64,000 bases of DNA from Thermodesulfobacteriota bacterium (GCA_964291405.2 OZ219926.1:256001-320000), one strand, 5' to 3'. Positions 12,193-22,093 are shown, counted from the first letter of the stretch. The notes: generated from the letters alone by a model not told the origin. Made by a program: numbers and translations.

Positions 12193-12954
12193 ATGGCCAC
12201 GCGGCTGCCCCTGATTGCGGGCAACTGGAAAATGCATAAGACGCCGGCGGAGACGGCTGAACTGCTCTCAGCCCTAGTCGCACGGCTGCCTGCTACGCTT
12301 TCGGATCGAGAGGTTGTGGTCGCTCCCCCCTTTACCGCCTTGGAAACCGCGGCTAGAGCGCTACGCGGCAGCCCGGTCCGTCTCTCAGCCCAGGACCTCC
12401 ACGCTGAGACGCACGGCGCGTTCACCGGCGAGGTGTCCGGACCGATGCTGAAGGCGGTTGGCTGCCGGTACGTTATTATTGGGCATTCGGAACGCCGCCA
12501 GTATTATGGAGAAACCGACGAACAGGTCGCCCAAAAAGTTACAGCCGCCCAGCGTGACGGATTGATCCCCATCGTGTGCGTGGGAGAGACCTTAGCCGAG
12601 CGCGAACGCGGCGATATGTTCACTGTGATCTCACGTCAGATTCGGGCCGGTCTTGCGGGTCAGACCGCCCAAGCCCTTGCCGCCCTCGTCCTGGCCTATG
12701 AGCCAATCTGGGCCATTGGGACGGGACAGACCGCTTCGCCGGAACAGGCGCAGGAGGTACATGCGGCCATTCGGTGGACGCTCGTCGAACTCGCCGGCCA
12801 GTCCAGTGCCGCTGCGGTCCGTATTATATATGGCGGTAGCGTCAAGCCGGATAACGTCGATGGACTGCTGGCCCAGCCCGACATTGACGGCGCGCTGGTC
12901 GGTGGGGCCAGCTTACAGGCGGACTCGTTTGCTCGTATCGTTCACTTTGAGTAG
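12193..12954 (+). CDS. tpiA: Triosephosphate isomerase
   Basis: AGNWKM, GHSERR, AYEPIWAIGTG, YGGSV, LVGGASL. Confidence 0.99.
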   Translation: MATRLPLIAGNWKMHKTPAETAELLSALVARLPATLSDREVVVAPPFTALETAARALRGSPVRLSAQDLHAETHGAFTGEVSGPMLKAVGCRYVIIGHSERRQYYGETDEQVAQKVTAAQRDGLIPIVCVGETLAERERGDMFTVISRQIRAGLAGQTAQALAALVLAYEPIWAIGTGQTASPEQAQEVHAAIRWTLVELAGQSSAAAVRIIYGGSVKPDNVDGLLAQPDIDGALVGGASLQADSFARIVHFE

Positions 12955-12965
12955 GATATGCTCCC

Positions 12966-13454
12966 ATGATGTATACAGCCTTGATTGGCCTGCATGTTTT
13001 CGCCTGTATTTTTCTGATTGCGGTCGTACTTTTACAAACCGGCAAGGGTGCTGACATGGGAGCCGTGTTTGGCGGCGGCTCGAGTGAAACCGTCTTTGGC
13101 AGTTCCGGGGCAGGCAATTTTCTGACAAAGCTGACAACCGGCATCGCCATCCTCTTTATGTTGACCTCGCTGGTCATGACCTACGGGCTCGCACGTCAAA
13201 CATCACAAAGTTTGTTCGACGATGTCCCTGCCCCGGCTGTTCCCCAAGAGGCAACGGACGGGATTCCCCCGGCTGACATAGAAGAAGACTCAGACGCCCA
13301 ATCCGCCGCTCCTCCGCTGACTGAGACCGATGCAAGAGAGGGCAGCACGACAATGGAATACGGGGCGGAAGCTGACTCAGAAGCGGCAGCGCCGGTGGTA
13401 TCCGAAAGCGAAGAGCCTCAGGCCGAAGCGCCGGCGGCAACGCCGAGCAACTAA
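12966..13454 (+). CDS. secG: Preprotein translocase subunit SecG with long acidic tail
   Basis: VLLQTGKGADMGAVFGGG...NFLTKLT, two TM segments; follows tpiA. Confidence 0.95.
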   Translation: MMYTALIGLHVFACIFLIAVVLLQTGKGADMGAVFGGGSSETVFGSSGAGNFLTKLTTGIAILFMLTSLVMTYGLARQTSQSLFDDVPAPAVPQEATDGIPPADIEEDSDAQSAAPPLTETDAREGSTTMEYGAEADSEAAAPVVSESEEPQAEAPAATPSN

Positions 13455-13467
13455 TCTTGAGAGCATC

Positions 13468-13526
13468 GGGTAGGACTCGCGTGCCGCATGCGCTACGCAG
13501 CATTTACGGCAAGTGCGAGTTGGCCC
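13468..13526. repeat. Long imperfect inverted repeat between secG and the FAD monooxygenase
   Basis: Nested pairings GACTCGC/GCGAGTT, TGCCG/CGGCA, ATGC/GCAT, closed by GGG/CCC. Confidence 0.6.
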
Positions 13527-13594
13527 ACGCCGTCCGGCACTTATTCGATTCCGTCTGACATGATCTTGCAGCAGTAGACGCACAGGAGCAACGC

Positions 13595-15001
13595 ATGTCG
13601 CATACTCACGCGGTCGTCATTGGTGGCAGCATGGCCGGCTTATGCACCGCACGCATACTCAGTACGCATTTTGACAGGGTCACCGTCCTGGACCGGGATG
13701 CCTGTCCCGACGGTGCGCGTGAACGTGCCGGGGTTCCGCAGAGCCGCCACGTCCATGCTTTGCTCGTACGCGGCCGGCGAGAGCTCAACCGCCTCTTTCC
13801 AGGCTTTGACACCCTGATGCTTGAGCGCGGGGCGCATGAGATTGACTTTGGAAACGACTTTGCCACGCTCCGGAACTGGGGCTGGGAACGCCGTCGCCCC
13901 ACCGGCATGATGACCCTGTTCGCCAGTCGCAACCTCATTGAATCAACCGTCCGCGAGTTGTTCCATACGCTGCCCAATGTCGAGGTACGCGAGCAAACGA
14001 GCGCGATCGGCCTGGGCATGGCTGCCGCCGGCCCTTCGCGCATTGATACGGTGCGTATCGTACCGCGCGACACGGGAGAGCCCTGTTCGATTCGGGCTAA
14101 CTTGGTCGTTGACGCCAGTGGGCGGGCGTCAAAAGCACCGAACTGGCTCCAGGCACTCGGCATCCCACTTCCGCCTGAGACTATTGTGGATGCGCATACA
14201 GGCTATAGTTCGCGTTGGTATCAAGCACCGGACCAGCTCCCCAAGGACTGGTGGTGGAAGGGCGTTTGGCTTGACCTCAAACTGCCGGAACACCCCCTGG
14301 CCGGCGTGCTTTTCCCGGTCGAACGCAACCGTTGGATTGTCACCCTGGCAGGAGTCTCCAAACACTATCCACCCAAGGACGAAGAGGAATTTACGGCGGC
14401 GCTGTCGCAACTGCGCTCTCCGGTTTTGGCCGATGCGGTACGTCTGGCCGAGCCTATCTCTTCAGTCTATGCCTACCGGAAAATGGCGAACCGCTTCCGC
14501 CGGTATGAAAAATGGAAGGCCGGCGTGGGCGGCTTTATTGCTGTGGGAGATTCCACGTGCGCGTTTAATCCCGTATATGGACAAGGCATGACAACCGGAA
14601 CCCTCTCGGCCGGTGCGCTGGACGAGTGCCTCAAAAAATACGGCCCGACGCATCCGGACCTGTCGCGGCATTTCTTTAAGGCCCAGGCTCGGGTCCAGGC
14701 CGCCCCGTGGGGTCTCGCAACCGGAGCCGACTTTAGCTTGCCGACAACGGAAGGCGAACGGCCAAAAGGCGCGCGTCTTGTTGGCCCTTATATGAATGCC
14801 CTTTTCATGGCCGCTATCGAAGACATGACCCTCCGGCGTCACGTCGGTGAAGTCCTTCAGATGCTCAAGCCACCCTCTAGTTTTTTTACACCGGCGGTCA
14901 TGGGACGCGTTGCCAAAGGCACGCTCCGTCGGTGGTGGCAACATCAATCCGAGCAGCCGGCTCCTCCGGCCATGCCACCAACGCCAATGCCCGTGGTCTA
15001 G
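13595..15001 (+). CDS. FAD-dependent monooxygenase/epoxidase (group A; LasC/Lsd18-like family)
   Basis: GGSMAG FAD motif, RAGVPQSRHVHALL, DASGR (DG motif), GDSTCAFNPVYGQGMT (GD motif). Confidence 0.85.
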   Translation: MSHTHAVVIGGSMAGLCTARILSTHFDRVTVLDRDACPDGARERAGVPQSRHVHALLVRGRRELNRLFPGFDTLMLERGAHEIDFGNDFATLRNWGWERRRPTGMMTLFASRNLIESTVRELFHTLPNVEVREQTSAIGLGMAAAGPSRIDTVRIVPRDTGEPCSIRANLVVDASGRASKAPNWLQALGIPLPPETIVDAHTGYSSRWYQAPDQLPKDWWWKGVWLDLKLPEHPLAGVLFPVERNRWIVTLAGVSKHYPPKDEEEFTAALSQLRSPVLADAVRLAEPISSVYAYRKMANRFRRYEKWKAGVGGFIAVGDSTCAFNPVYGQGMTTGTLSAGALDECLKKYGPTHPDLSRHFFKAQARVQAAPWGLATGADFSLPTTEGERPKGARLVGPYMNALFMAAIEDMTLRRHVGEVLQMLKPPSSFFTPAVMGRVAKGTLRRWWQHQSEQPAPPAMPPTPMPVV

Positions 15002-15034
15002 GGGATAACCGTGCCCCCTTGCCCCCCTAGACCA
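14994..15034. terminator. Perfect 11-bp inverted repeat overlapping the monooxygenase stop codon
   Basis: TGGTCTAGGGG-19 nt-CCCCTAGACCA. No clear U-tract, so terminator function is uncertain. Confidence 0.4.
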
Positions 15035-15056
15035 GCTAAGAAGAGCGCGGTATTAT
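15028..15056 (+). promoter_or_regulatory. Putative sigma70 promoter for tRNA-Leu
   Basis: TAGACC-17 nt-TATTAT followed by a C-rich discriminator, about 45 nt upstream of the tRNA. Confidence 0.5.
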
Positions 15057-15099
15057 CCCCTGTCCACACTCATCTTTATGGTGAAAGTGTCCTATTTTC

Positions 15100-15183
15100 G
15101 CGAGGATGGCGGAACTGGTAGACGCGCTAGTTTGAGGGACTAGTGGGGTAACACCCGTGGGGGTTCAAGTCCCCCTCCTCGCA
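15100..15183 (+). tRNA. tRNA-Leu (anticodon GAG)
   Basis: Acceptor GCGAGGA/TCCTCGC-A, D-loop GGAACTGGTAGAC, anticodon arm CTAG..TTGAGGG..CTAG, long variable arm, T-arm GGGGG-TTCAAGT-CCCCC. CCA not encoded. Confidence 0.96.
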
Positions 15184-15274
15184 GGCCGAACCTCCTTCCT
15201 GCTCTTTATACCTGCACGCCTCCTGCCTACGTATTCCTTGACTCCCTTTCGGGGGTGTGAAACACAGGGGGGCC

Positions 15275-17887
15275 ATGCCGAACGTCTCGTCGAACCCCAC
15301 AACCGACCCGCAACAGAATCCAGACCGTCTGCTTTTCACGCTCGAAAACGGCCTTCGCGTTGCCATTCAAGAAGACCATTTTGCGCCCGTCGTCGCTATC
15401 CAGATATGGGTCAAGGCCGGCAGTGCCGATGAAACTCCCGATGTTGCCGGTGCCGCCCATGTCCATGAGCATATGCTCTTTAAGGGCACCCAGAGGCGTC
15501 CGGTCGGAGCCATCGCCACGGAAATCGAATCATCCGGCGGCAGCATCAACGCGTTTACTACTGCAGATCATACCGTCTACCACATCGTCCTTGCCTCCCG
15601 ACATTTTTCCGATGGTCTCGATATTCTGACCGATGCCATCCAAAGCTCGACTTTTGACCCGCATGAACTGGACAAAGAACTCCAGGTCGTGATGGAAGAA
15701 TGGAAGCGCGGCGAGGATTCACCCACCACCCGAGCGGCAACCGAACTGTTTGAGGTTGCCTATACACAGCACCCGTACGGTCGTCCGATTATTGGCTATC
15801 GTGCAACCATCGAGGCGCTCAATCGTGAGCGCGTCGTGCACTTCTACCAGCGCTGGTACCATCCCAATAACATGACGGTGGTGATCGTTGGGGATATTGA
15901 TCGGGAAAAAGCTCGACAAGAAGTCCAGCGGCTCTTTGACCAGACTCCCTCCGTGCAACTTCCTGTCCGTCCTCGTCCGCCCGAACCGGCCCAGGCCGAG
16001 CTTCGCCTCTCCAGCGTGGATATGAACGTCGAGGAGTTCTACCTCTATATGGGCTTTCCCCTTCCACCGGCTGAACATACAGATATTTTCGCCCTTGATC
16101 TCCTCAGCTTTATCGTGGGCGGCGGAGAAAGCTCGACTCTGGTCCAAAAGCTCCAAGCCGAACAGGAATTGGTCAACTGGATTACGGCCAGTGCCTATAC
16201 GCCGGCCGATTCGGGCCTGTTCATCCTGGCGGCCGCCCTGGAACAAGAGAAGATTCGGCCAGCGCTCGAACAGAGCTTGGCCATACTCTTCCAGTATAAG
16301 CATACGCCTGTGACCCAGGCAGAACTCGACCGGGCTCGAACGAATCTAGCCAGTGATTTTGTTTACCGGCGGGAGACCGTCCAAGGCCAAGCCCGCCAAC
16401 TGGGGTATTTTCTCACGGTCTTCTCTGACCCCGACTATGAGCAACGCTATCTCACAGGCTTGGCCGCGGTCACACCCCAAGACATTCAGCGTGTCGCGCG
16501 TCAATACCTCTCTCCGACCAAGCTCAACGCCGTCATCCTCGGTAAGACGCAGGGCGCCAGTATCCCGACCACTGAGGACATCACACAATTGTGCCATCGC
16601 CTCGACCAACCGGTCAGCAGGACCGGCGCTCCAGCGGGAACGAACGGGACGAACGGCAGCACGGTGACAGCTATTCGCCTCGATAATGGCGTTCGTCTGC
16701 TGGTGAAGGAACACCATGGCGTTCCGGTCATGGCAGTTCAAGCGGCAACACTCGGTGGCCTCTTGTTTGAAAGCGAACACAACGCTGGCATCAGCAATTT
16801 TATTGCCGGAATGTTAACTCGTGGCAGCCAACAATTCTCACGCCTCAGCCTGGCGGAAGCGGTTGAATCGCTGGCAGGCGGCCTAAACGGTTTTTCTGGA
16901 CGGAATAGTTTAGGCTTATCGGGCTCGTTTCTCACGACCCACGTCGATGAAGGCATTGATATTTTCCTTGAGACCCTACTCCATCCGGCTTTTCCAACCG
17001 ATGAAGTCGAAAAACGTCGGCGTGAGATTTTACTGGCGCTCAAAAACCGCGAAGATGATCTCGCCCAGGTTGCGTTTGATCTGTTTTACCAGACCTTGTA
17101 CGAGACGCATCCCTATCGCCTGCTTACCCTCGGTAGCGAAGCCAGCGTCAGTGCCATGACGCAAGAGCAGGTTGCCGCTTACTACAAAACCCTCCTCGAT
17201 CCTGAACGCCTGGTGCTGAGCGTTGTTGGCGACGTTGAGACGACGCAACTGATTGACCGCCTGAGTGCCGGATTATCAACCCTACCCGCAGTCACGCCAC
17301 CCTCCGCCCCCGCGCCAGAGGCCCGCCCGAGCGGTGTTCGAGCCGCAACCAAAAAAGTGGAGAAACAACAAGCCCACGTGGTCCTAGGCTTTCAAGGCGT
17401 CACCCTTGACAATCCTGACCGATATGCGCTGAAAGTCCTCGATACCATCCTGTCTCGCCAAGGGGGACGGCTGTTCTATGAGGTGCGTGAACAGCGCGCC
17501 CTGGCCTATTCCGTGACCGCGTTCAGTGTTGAAGGACTCGCCCCAGGGACGTTTGGTGTGTACTTAGGTACAGACCCAGGCAGCGTAGACGAAGCGGTGA
17601 GCGCCACACAAACGGAGCTGGAACGTCTCCGCCAGGAGAAAGTCACATCTGACGAGCTCGAGCGAGCCAAGAAATATATGACCGGTAGCTATGAGATTTC
17701 CCTCCAATCAAATGCCGCGCAATCTGAAGAATTGGCCTTCAACGAACTGTACGGTCTCGGGCATACGCATGGGCGTCTCTATCTCAACCATATCCAACAG
17801 GTGACAGAGGCAGATGTGCAGCGTGTTGCCAATACCTATCTCAATCCAGCCGAGCAGACTCTGGTTATTGTGGGCCAAAATGAATGA
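15275..17887 (+). CDS. M16 family (pitrilysin/insulinase) zinc peptidase, fused two-module form
   Basis: HxxEH (HVHEHMLFKGT), INAFT, duplicated LDNG module without the Zn motif, C-terminal VRE..LAY pair. No signal peptide; ATG 15275 follows a G-rich SD. Confidence 0.92.
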   Translation: MPNVSSNPTTDPQQNPDRLLFTLENGLRVAIQEDHFAPVVAIQIWVKAGSADETPDVAGAAHVHEHMLFKGTQRRPVGAIATEIESSGGSINAFTTADHTVYHIVLASRHFSDGLDILTDAIQSSTFDPHELDKELQVVMEEWKRGEDSPTTRAATELFEVAYTQHPYGRPIIGYRATIEALNRERVVHFYQRWYHPNNMTVVIVGDIDREKARQEVQRLFDQTPSVQLPVRPRPPEPAQAELRLSSVDMNVEEFYLYMGFPLPPAEHTDIFALDLLSFIVGGGESSTLVQKLQAEQELVNWITASAYTPADSGLFILAAALEQEKIRPALEQSLAILFQYKHTPVTQAELDRARTNLASDFVYRRETVQGQARQLGYFLTVFSDPDYEQRYLTGLAAVTPQDIQRVARQYLSPTKLNAVILGKTQGASIPTTEDITQLCHRLDQPVSRTGAPAGTNGTNGSTVTAIRLDNGVRLLVKEHHGVPVMAVQAATLGGLLFESEHNAGISNFIAGMLTRGSQQFSRLSLAEAVESLAGGLNGFSGRNSLGLSGSFLTTHVDEGIDIFLETLLHPAFPTDEVEKRRREILLALKNREDDLAQVAFDLFYQTLYETHPYRLLTLGSEASVSAMTQEQVAAYYKTLLDPERLVLSVVGDVETTQLIDRLSAGLSTLPAVTPPSAPAPEARPSGVRAATKKVEKQQAHVVLGFQGVTLDNPDRYALKVLDTILSRQGGRLFYEVREQRALAYSVTAFSVEGLAPGTFGVYLGTDPGSVDEAVSATQTELERLRQEKVTSDELERAKKYMTGSYEISLQSNAAQSEELAFNELYGLGHTHGRLYLNHIQQVTEADVQRVANTYLNPAEQTLVIVGQNE

Positions 17888-17914
17888 ACAGTCCTCCAAT
17901 AGCCATGCAGATGT

Positions 17915-18850
17915 TTGAGTACATACGTTATGGGCGCAGAGCGATGGCTGCGTGTTGCGGTGTCCGTCCCCACTGAGGCGGTTGAGGCCGTCTCCTATTC
18001 CCTGGTCGAACTCGGCTCAATCGGTATTGCTGAGGAAGAATGGAAACCGGACACGCCACCGCCAGCCTGGACGCTCGTCCAAGGTTTTTTCCCTGCAGAC
18101 CGGGACTCCGCGGCGTTGTTGACAAGCCTCACGAAACATATCCGGCATATCGCCACCGAGTATCCTGCCCTAGTCACCTGTATTCCTGAGTGTGAGGTCA
18201 TTACCAGTGACAGCTGGCAAGAGCGCTGGAAAACCCACTTTCCTCCTCTTCCGGTTGGACAACGCCTGCTCATCCTCCCACCCTGGGAAGTACGGCCCGC
18301 GTACTCGAAGCGAGAGGTGATTGAGATTAATCCCAGCATGGCGTTCGGCACAGGTCATCACGCGACCACACACACCTGTCTGGAAGCGCTCGAAGCGTTA
18401 TGCGACATGTATGGTCCTCCCACGCAGGCCCTGGACCTGGGCACCGGGTCTGGGATTCTGGCTATTACCTTAGCCAAGCTAGGAGTTCTTTCCGTTTGGG
18501 CAACGGACATCGATCCGACCGCACGCGAAGAAGCGCAGAAAAACGCACTGGTAAACGGTGTCGCAACAGCCGTCCATATCAGCGCTGCCAACCTCAACGA
18601 ACTTCCGGCACCTTTTCAATTAGTCGTCGCCAATCTTTTTGCCTCAACGCTGATTGCATTCTGTCCAGCGCTCACGCAAATACTGACGCGTTCCGGCCAC
18701 GCCATCTTATCCGGTATCCAGAGCGACCAGACCAAGGCCGTGCTTGGGGCATTCAGCGCACCAGACTGGGTTCTGGTAGAGCACCGCTCCAAAGACGACT
18801 GGGCAACTCTGATCTTACGTCGGAGCGGCGACCCACCGGACGGCAGATGA
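17915..18850 (+). CDS. prmA: Ribosomal protein L11 methyltransferase
   Basis: W...W..HFPP, INPSMAFGTGHHATT, LDLGTGSGILAI, VVANL; adjacent to rsmE. Confidence 0.92.
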   Translation: MSTYVMGAERWLRVAVSVPTEAVEAVSYSLVELGSIGIAEEEWKPDTPPPAWTLVQGFFPADRDSAALLTSLTKHIRHIATEYPALVTCIPECEVITSDSWQERWKTHFPPLPVGQRLLILPPWEVRPAYSKREVIEINPSMAFGTGHHATTHTCLEALEALCDMYGPPTQALDLGTGSGILAITLAKLGVLSVWATDIDPTAREEAQKNALVNGVATAVHISAANLNELPAPFQLVVANLFASTLIAFCPALTQILTRSGHAILSGIQSDQTKAVLGAFSAPDWVLVEHRSKDDWATLILRRSGDPPDGR

Positions 18851-18851
18851 T

Positions 18852-19601
18852 ATGCCACGCTTCTTCATCTCATCCCAGACCATCGTCCAGGATCGGGCTC
18901 AGCTCAGCGGGGCAGAGTTTCATCATCTGCGGCATGTCCTGCGGCTCGGGCGTGGCGCACGAGTCACCCTGTACGATGAAAGAGGAGCGACCTATCACGG
19001 TGAGATTCTCCATATCGCGTCGGCCCACGCCGAGGTCGGCATTACGGAACACGCCCCTCCCGCAACCCCCGCCTTTCACTTCACCCTGGCTCAGGGAACG
19101 CTCAAAGGACGTAGAATGGACCTCGTGATTGAGAAAGCCACCGAGCTCGGCGTTCATACTATTGTGCCCTTTGTCTCGGCCTTTACGGTTGTCCGTATTT
19201 CTGACAGCAAACGGGCTGAACGTCTAGCGCGCTGGCAGCACATCGCCCGCGCCGCGGTAAAACAGTCGGGCAGCCCGCCTCCCGAGATTCGCCCGCCGCA
19301 GTCCTTTCCTGAGCTCTTACGCTCCGTTCCGGCTCCTTCAGGGAAGCTTATTTTCTCAGAACGAGAGCGGACTTTGCACCTCAGGGATTTTGCGCAAAAC
19401 TCTGCTCAGTTCGATGCCCTCTATATTCTGGTCGGTCCGGAAGGCGGCTTTGCTCCCGAAGAAATCGAGCAGGCCCAGGCCGCCGGGTTCGTGTCGGTCA
19501 GTTTGGGCGCTTCGGTGCTACGGGCGGAGACGGCGAGTATAACCGCTGTCGCCCTGTGTCAGTTTCTGTGGCGTGATATCCAATTTCCCCCCTTGCCTTA
19601 A
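18852..19601 (+). CDS. rsmE: 16S rRNA m3U1498 methyltransferase
   Basis: HHLRHVLRL, EKATELGV, VGPEGGF, LGASVLRAETA. Confidence 0.96.
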   Translation: MPRFFISSQTIVQDRAQLSGAEFHHLRHVLRLGRGARVTLYDERGATYHGEILHIASAHAEVGITEHAPPATPAFHFTLAQGTLKGRRMDLVIEKATELGVHTIVPFVSAFTVVRISDSKRAERLARWQHIARAAVKQSGSPPPEIRPPQSFPELLRSVPAPSGKLIFSERERTLHLRDFAQNSAQFDALYILVGPEGGFAPEEIEQAQAAGFVSVSLGASVLRAETASITAVALCQFLWRDIQFPPLP

Positions 19602-19689
19602 ACCCAACGACTGCCTAGCATGCCGCACCTGTGGGCAGAGGAAACCCTTCTTCGACTCGACGGGAGCGTGCCGACTAAGAGGAGGCAGC

Positions 19690-20655
19690 ATGATGCGTTT
19701 CGCCTTTATTATGGACCCGATTCAACACGTCCTCATCGATAAAGACACTACCTTTGTTTTTATGCTTGAGGCACAGTCCCGTGGCCATGAGGTCTGGTAT
19801 CTGGAAATGTCCGACTTGTTTATTGAACGCGCGCGCGCCATGGGCCGAGTCCGCCGGATCGAACTGCGCCGAGAGCTGGACAACCATTTTACCTTTGGCG
19901 CAGAACACACGGGCCCGTTGGGTGAGTTTGACGCGATTTTTATGCGCAAAGATCCACCCTTTGATATTGCCTATCTACACGCTACCCAACTGCTCGACCT
20001 TGCCCGGAATGAAGGGGCGGTTGTCCTCAACCGCCCCTCTGGTCTGCGCGCGGCAAACGAGAAACTCTACGCCCTCAACTTCCCCAGCGTCATCCCCGCT
20101 ACCTTGATCAGCCACGACGCCAAGCGCCTCAAGGCCTTTCTCGATGAGCTAGGCGGAGAGATGATTATTAAACCCATAGACGGTCATGGCGGGGCCGGCA
20201 TTTTTTATGTCCGTCAGGATGATCGAAATCTAAATTCTATCCTCGAAACCCTGACCCAGAACGGTCGCGAGGCCATCATTGCCCAGCAGTATATCCCGGA
20301 AGTCCGTCAGGGCGACAAACGTCTCATCGCCCTGAACGGTGACCCCATCGGCTGTACCCTGCGGGTGCCTCGGGCCGATGAAAATCGGGGCAATATCCAT
20401 GTGGGTGGAACCTGCGTCAAGGCGGATATAACCGATCGTGATAAAGAGATCTGTCGAACCGTCGCCCCGTTTCTCCAAAGGGACGGGCTGTATTTCGTCG
20501 GGCTCGACATCATTGGCGACTACCTGACCGAGGTCAATGTCACCAGCCCAACCGGTGTGCAGGAAATTGATCGGCTCAACCAGACCTGCCTGGAGGCTCA
20601 GGTCATTGACTTTGCCGAACAACAGGTGGCAGCGCAGCAGCGCAGCCGTACGTAA
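19690..20655 (+). CDS. gshB: Glutathione synthetase
   Basis: MDPI...KDTT, MRKDPPFD, NEK, KPIDGHGG, GDKR, GLDIIG..LTEVNVTSPTG. ATG 19690 after GGAGG. Confidence 0.96.
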   Translation: MMRFAFIMDPIQHVLIDKDTTFVFMLEAQSRGHEVWYLEMSDLFIERARAMGRVRRIELRRELDNHFTFGAEHTGPLGEFDAIFMRKDPPFDIAYLHATQLLDLARNEGAVVLNRPSGLRAANEKLYALNFPSVIPATLISHDAKRLKAFLDELGGEMIIKPIDGHGGAGIFYVRQDDRNLNSILETLTQNGREAIIAQQYIPEVRQGDKRLIALNGDPIGCTLRVPRADENRGNIHVGGTCVKADITDRDKEICRTVAPFLQRDGLYFVGLDIIGDYLTEVNVTSPTGVQEIDRLNQTCLEAQVIDFAEQQVAAQQRSRT

Positions 20656-20665
20656 CTGACACCCA

Positions 20666-21382
20666 ATGCCGCACGACACGCGCACTCCGGCTGGCCGGGC
20701 TTGGTCGGTGCATACCCGCGAGGTTCTCTATTCTTTTCTGGCTGGAATTTTTCTCACCTCGCTGACCTTGGGGAACGTTGTCGGGATTACGAAGTTCGTC
20801 GATCTTGGCTGGTTTGTAATTCCGACCGGACTGTTGGCCTACCCTTTTACTTTTTTGGCCACCGACCTGATCAGCGAACTCTATGGCCGACGGCGGGCGC
20901 AGTCCATCGTCTGGGTTGGTTTTTGCATGAATTTCTTCATGCTCTTCTTGATGTGGTTTGGCCATGTGTTACCGGATGCTACGGGCGTATCGGGGGCAAC
21001 CGCAACGTTTGACGCGGTGTACGCCTTTATGAAGCCGGGCGTTCTCGCCTCTATGGTTGCCTATCTGGTCGCTCAGTCCGTTGATGTGCACCTCTTCCAT
21101 TTCTGGCAACAGCTCACCAAGGGGCGACATTTGTGGCTGCGCAATAACGGCTCGACTATGCTCAGCCAGATCGTTGATACGTTTCTCATCTCGTCAATTC
21201 TGTATGCTTCTGGCGCGCTCGGTTCAGCCGTGGATTCGATCGACAAACTTATTCCGCTGGCGCTGTCCTCGTATGCGTTTAAGCTCGTCTTTGCCCTGCT
21301 CGACACACCCCTGTTCTATCTGGGGGTGTATTGCCTGAGAGACCGCGTCCCAGCCGTAGACGAGAGTCGCCCTACAGCGTAA
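20666..21382 (+). CDS. yhhQ: Queuosine precursor transporter (YhhQ/VUT family)
   Basis: YPFTFLATDLISELYG, LWLRNNGSTMLSQIVDT, K...ALLDTP; multiple TM segments. Confidence 0.88.
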   Translation: MPHDTRTPAGRAWSVHTREVLYSFLAGIFLTSLTLGNVVGITKFVDLGWFVIPTGLLAYPFTFLATDLISELYGRRRAQSIVWVGFCMNFFMLFLMWFGHVLPDATGVSGATATFDAVYAFMKPGVLASMVAYLVAQSVDVHLFHFWQQLTKGRHLWLRNNGSTMLSQIVDTFLISSILYASGALGSAVDSIDKLIPLALSSYAFKLVFALLDTPLFYLGVYCLRDRVPAVDESRPTA

Positions 21383-21384
21383 CC

Positions 21385-21415
21385 GACACGCTCAGGCGTA
21401 CGCCGTAGCCGTGTC
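21385..21415. terminator. Hairpin between convergent yhhQ and GT2 genes
   Basis: GACACG...GGCG-TA-CGCC...CGTGTC stem in a 39-nt convergent gap. Confidence 0.45.
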
Positions 21416-21421
21416 AGCCGG

Positions 21422-22093
21422 CTATTCAGATTGCCGGGTCGCCCACTCCTCAAACCGAACCATGCGCAGACTATTGGGCGTTTCATGAAGGACATAGGTG
21501 GCTGGTTCGCGAAAGGTCTTGGTCTTAAACGCTTTTTGAGCCCGTTCCCACAGGTCAAGGTCTTCTCCATAGTTCAGGTCACAAAATCCGCCCAACTCGG
21601 TAAAGACTGTACGCTTTCCGAACAGCGTCCCGCCGATCACACATTCGGATATGCGGATGAGCTTGGTCGGATCAAAGAAGTCGACGACCCACTGCTTGCC
21701 AGCGACCTGGACGCCGCCTTGAATCAAATCAAGGCCATGCTGACGCAACAGTTCGAGCCGCGTCTCCAAGTGGACAGGGCGATATTCGTCATCACTGTCG
21801 AGACAGGCGATATATTCTCCACGGGCTTCCGCAACGCCACGGTTGCGGGCCGCCCCAACCCCATGATTTGTCTGGCGGACATAGTGAATCTGGTCAGATT
21901 GTTTCTGCCACGCCGCGACAACTTCGGCCGTATTATCGGTGCTACCATCGTCGATAACGATCAGCTCCCAGTCCGTGAACGTCTGGGCCAGTACCGATGA
22001 GATACTCCGTGGTAATAAATCTGCTCGATCAAAAGTCGGCAGGATCACCGATATCAGCGGCGTGTTGCGTCTTGCGCCTTGTCTCCCCGACAT
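21422..22093 (-). CDS. Family 2 glycosyltransferase (short, soluble)
   Basis: SVILPTFDR, IDDGSTD, GVGAARNRG, DSDD, GEDLDLW. Confidence 0.9.
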   Translation of the reverse strand: MSGRQGARRNTPLISVILPTFDRADLLPRSISSVLAQTFTDWELIVIDDGSTDNTAEVVAAWQKQSDQIHYVRQTNHGVGAARNRGVAEARGEYIACLDSDDEYRPVHLETRLELLRQHGLDLIQGGVQVAGKQWVVDFFDPTKLIRISECVIGGTLFGKRTVFTELGGFCDLNYGEDLDLWERAQKAFKTKTFREPATYVLHETPNSLRMVRFEEWATRQSE

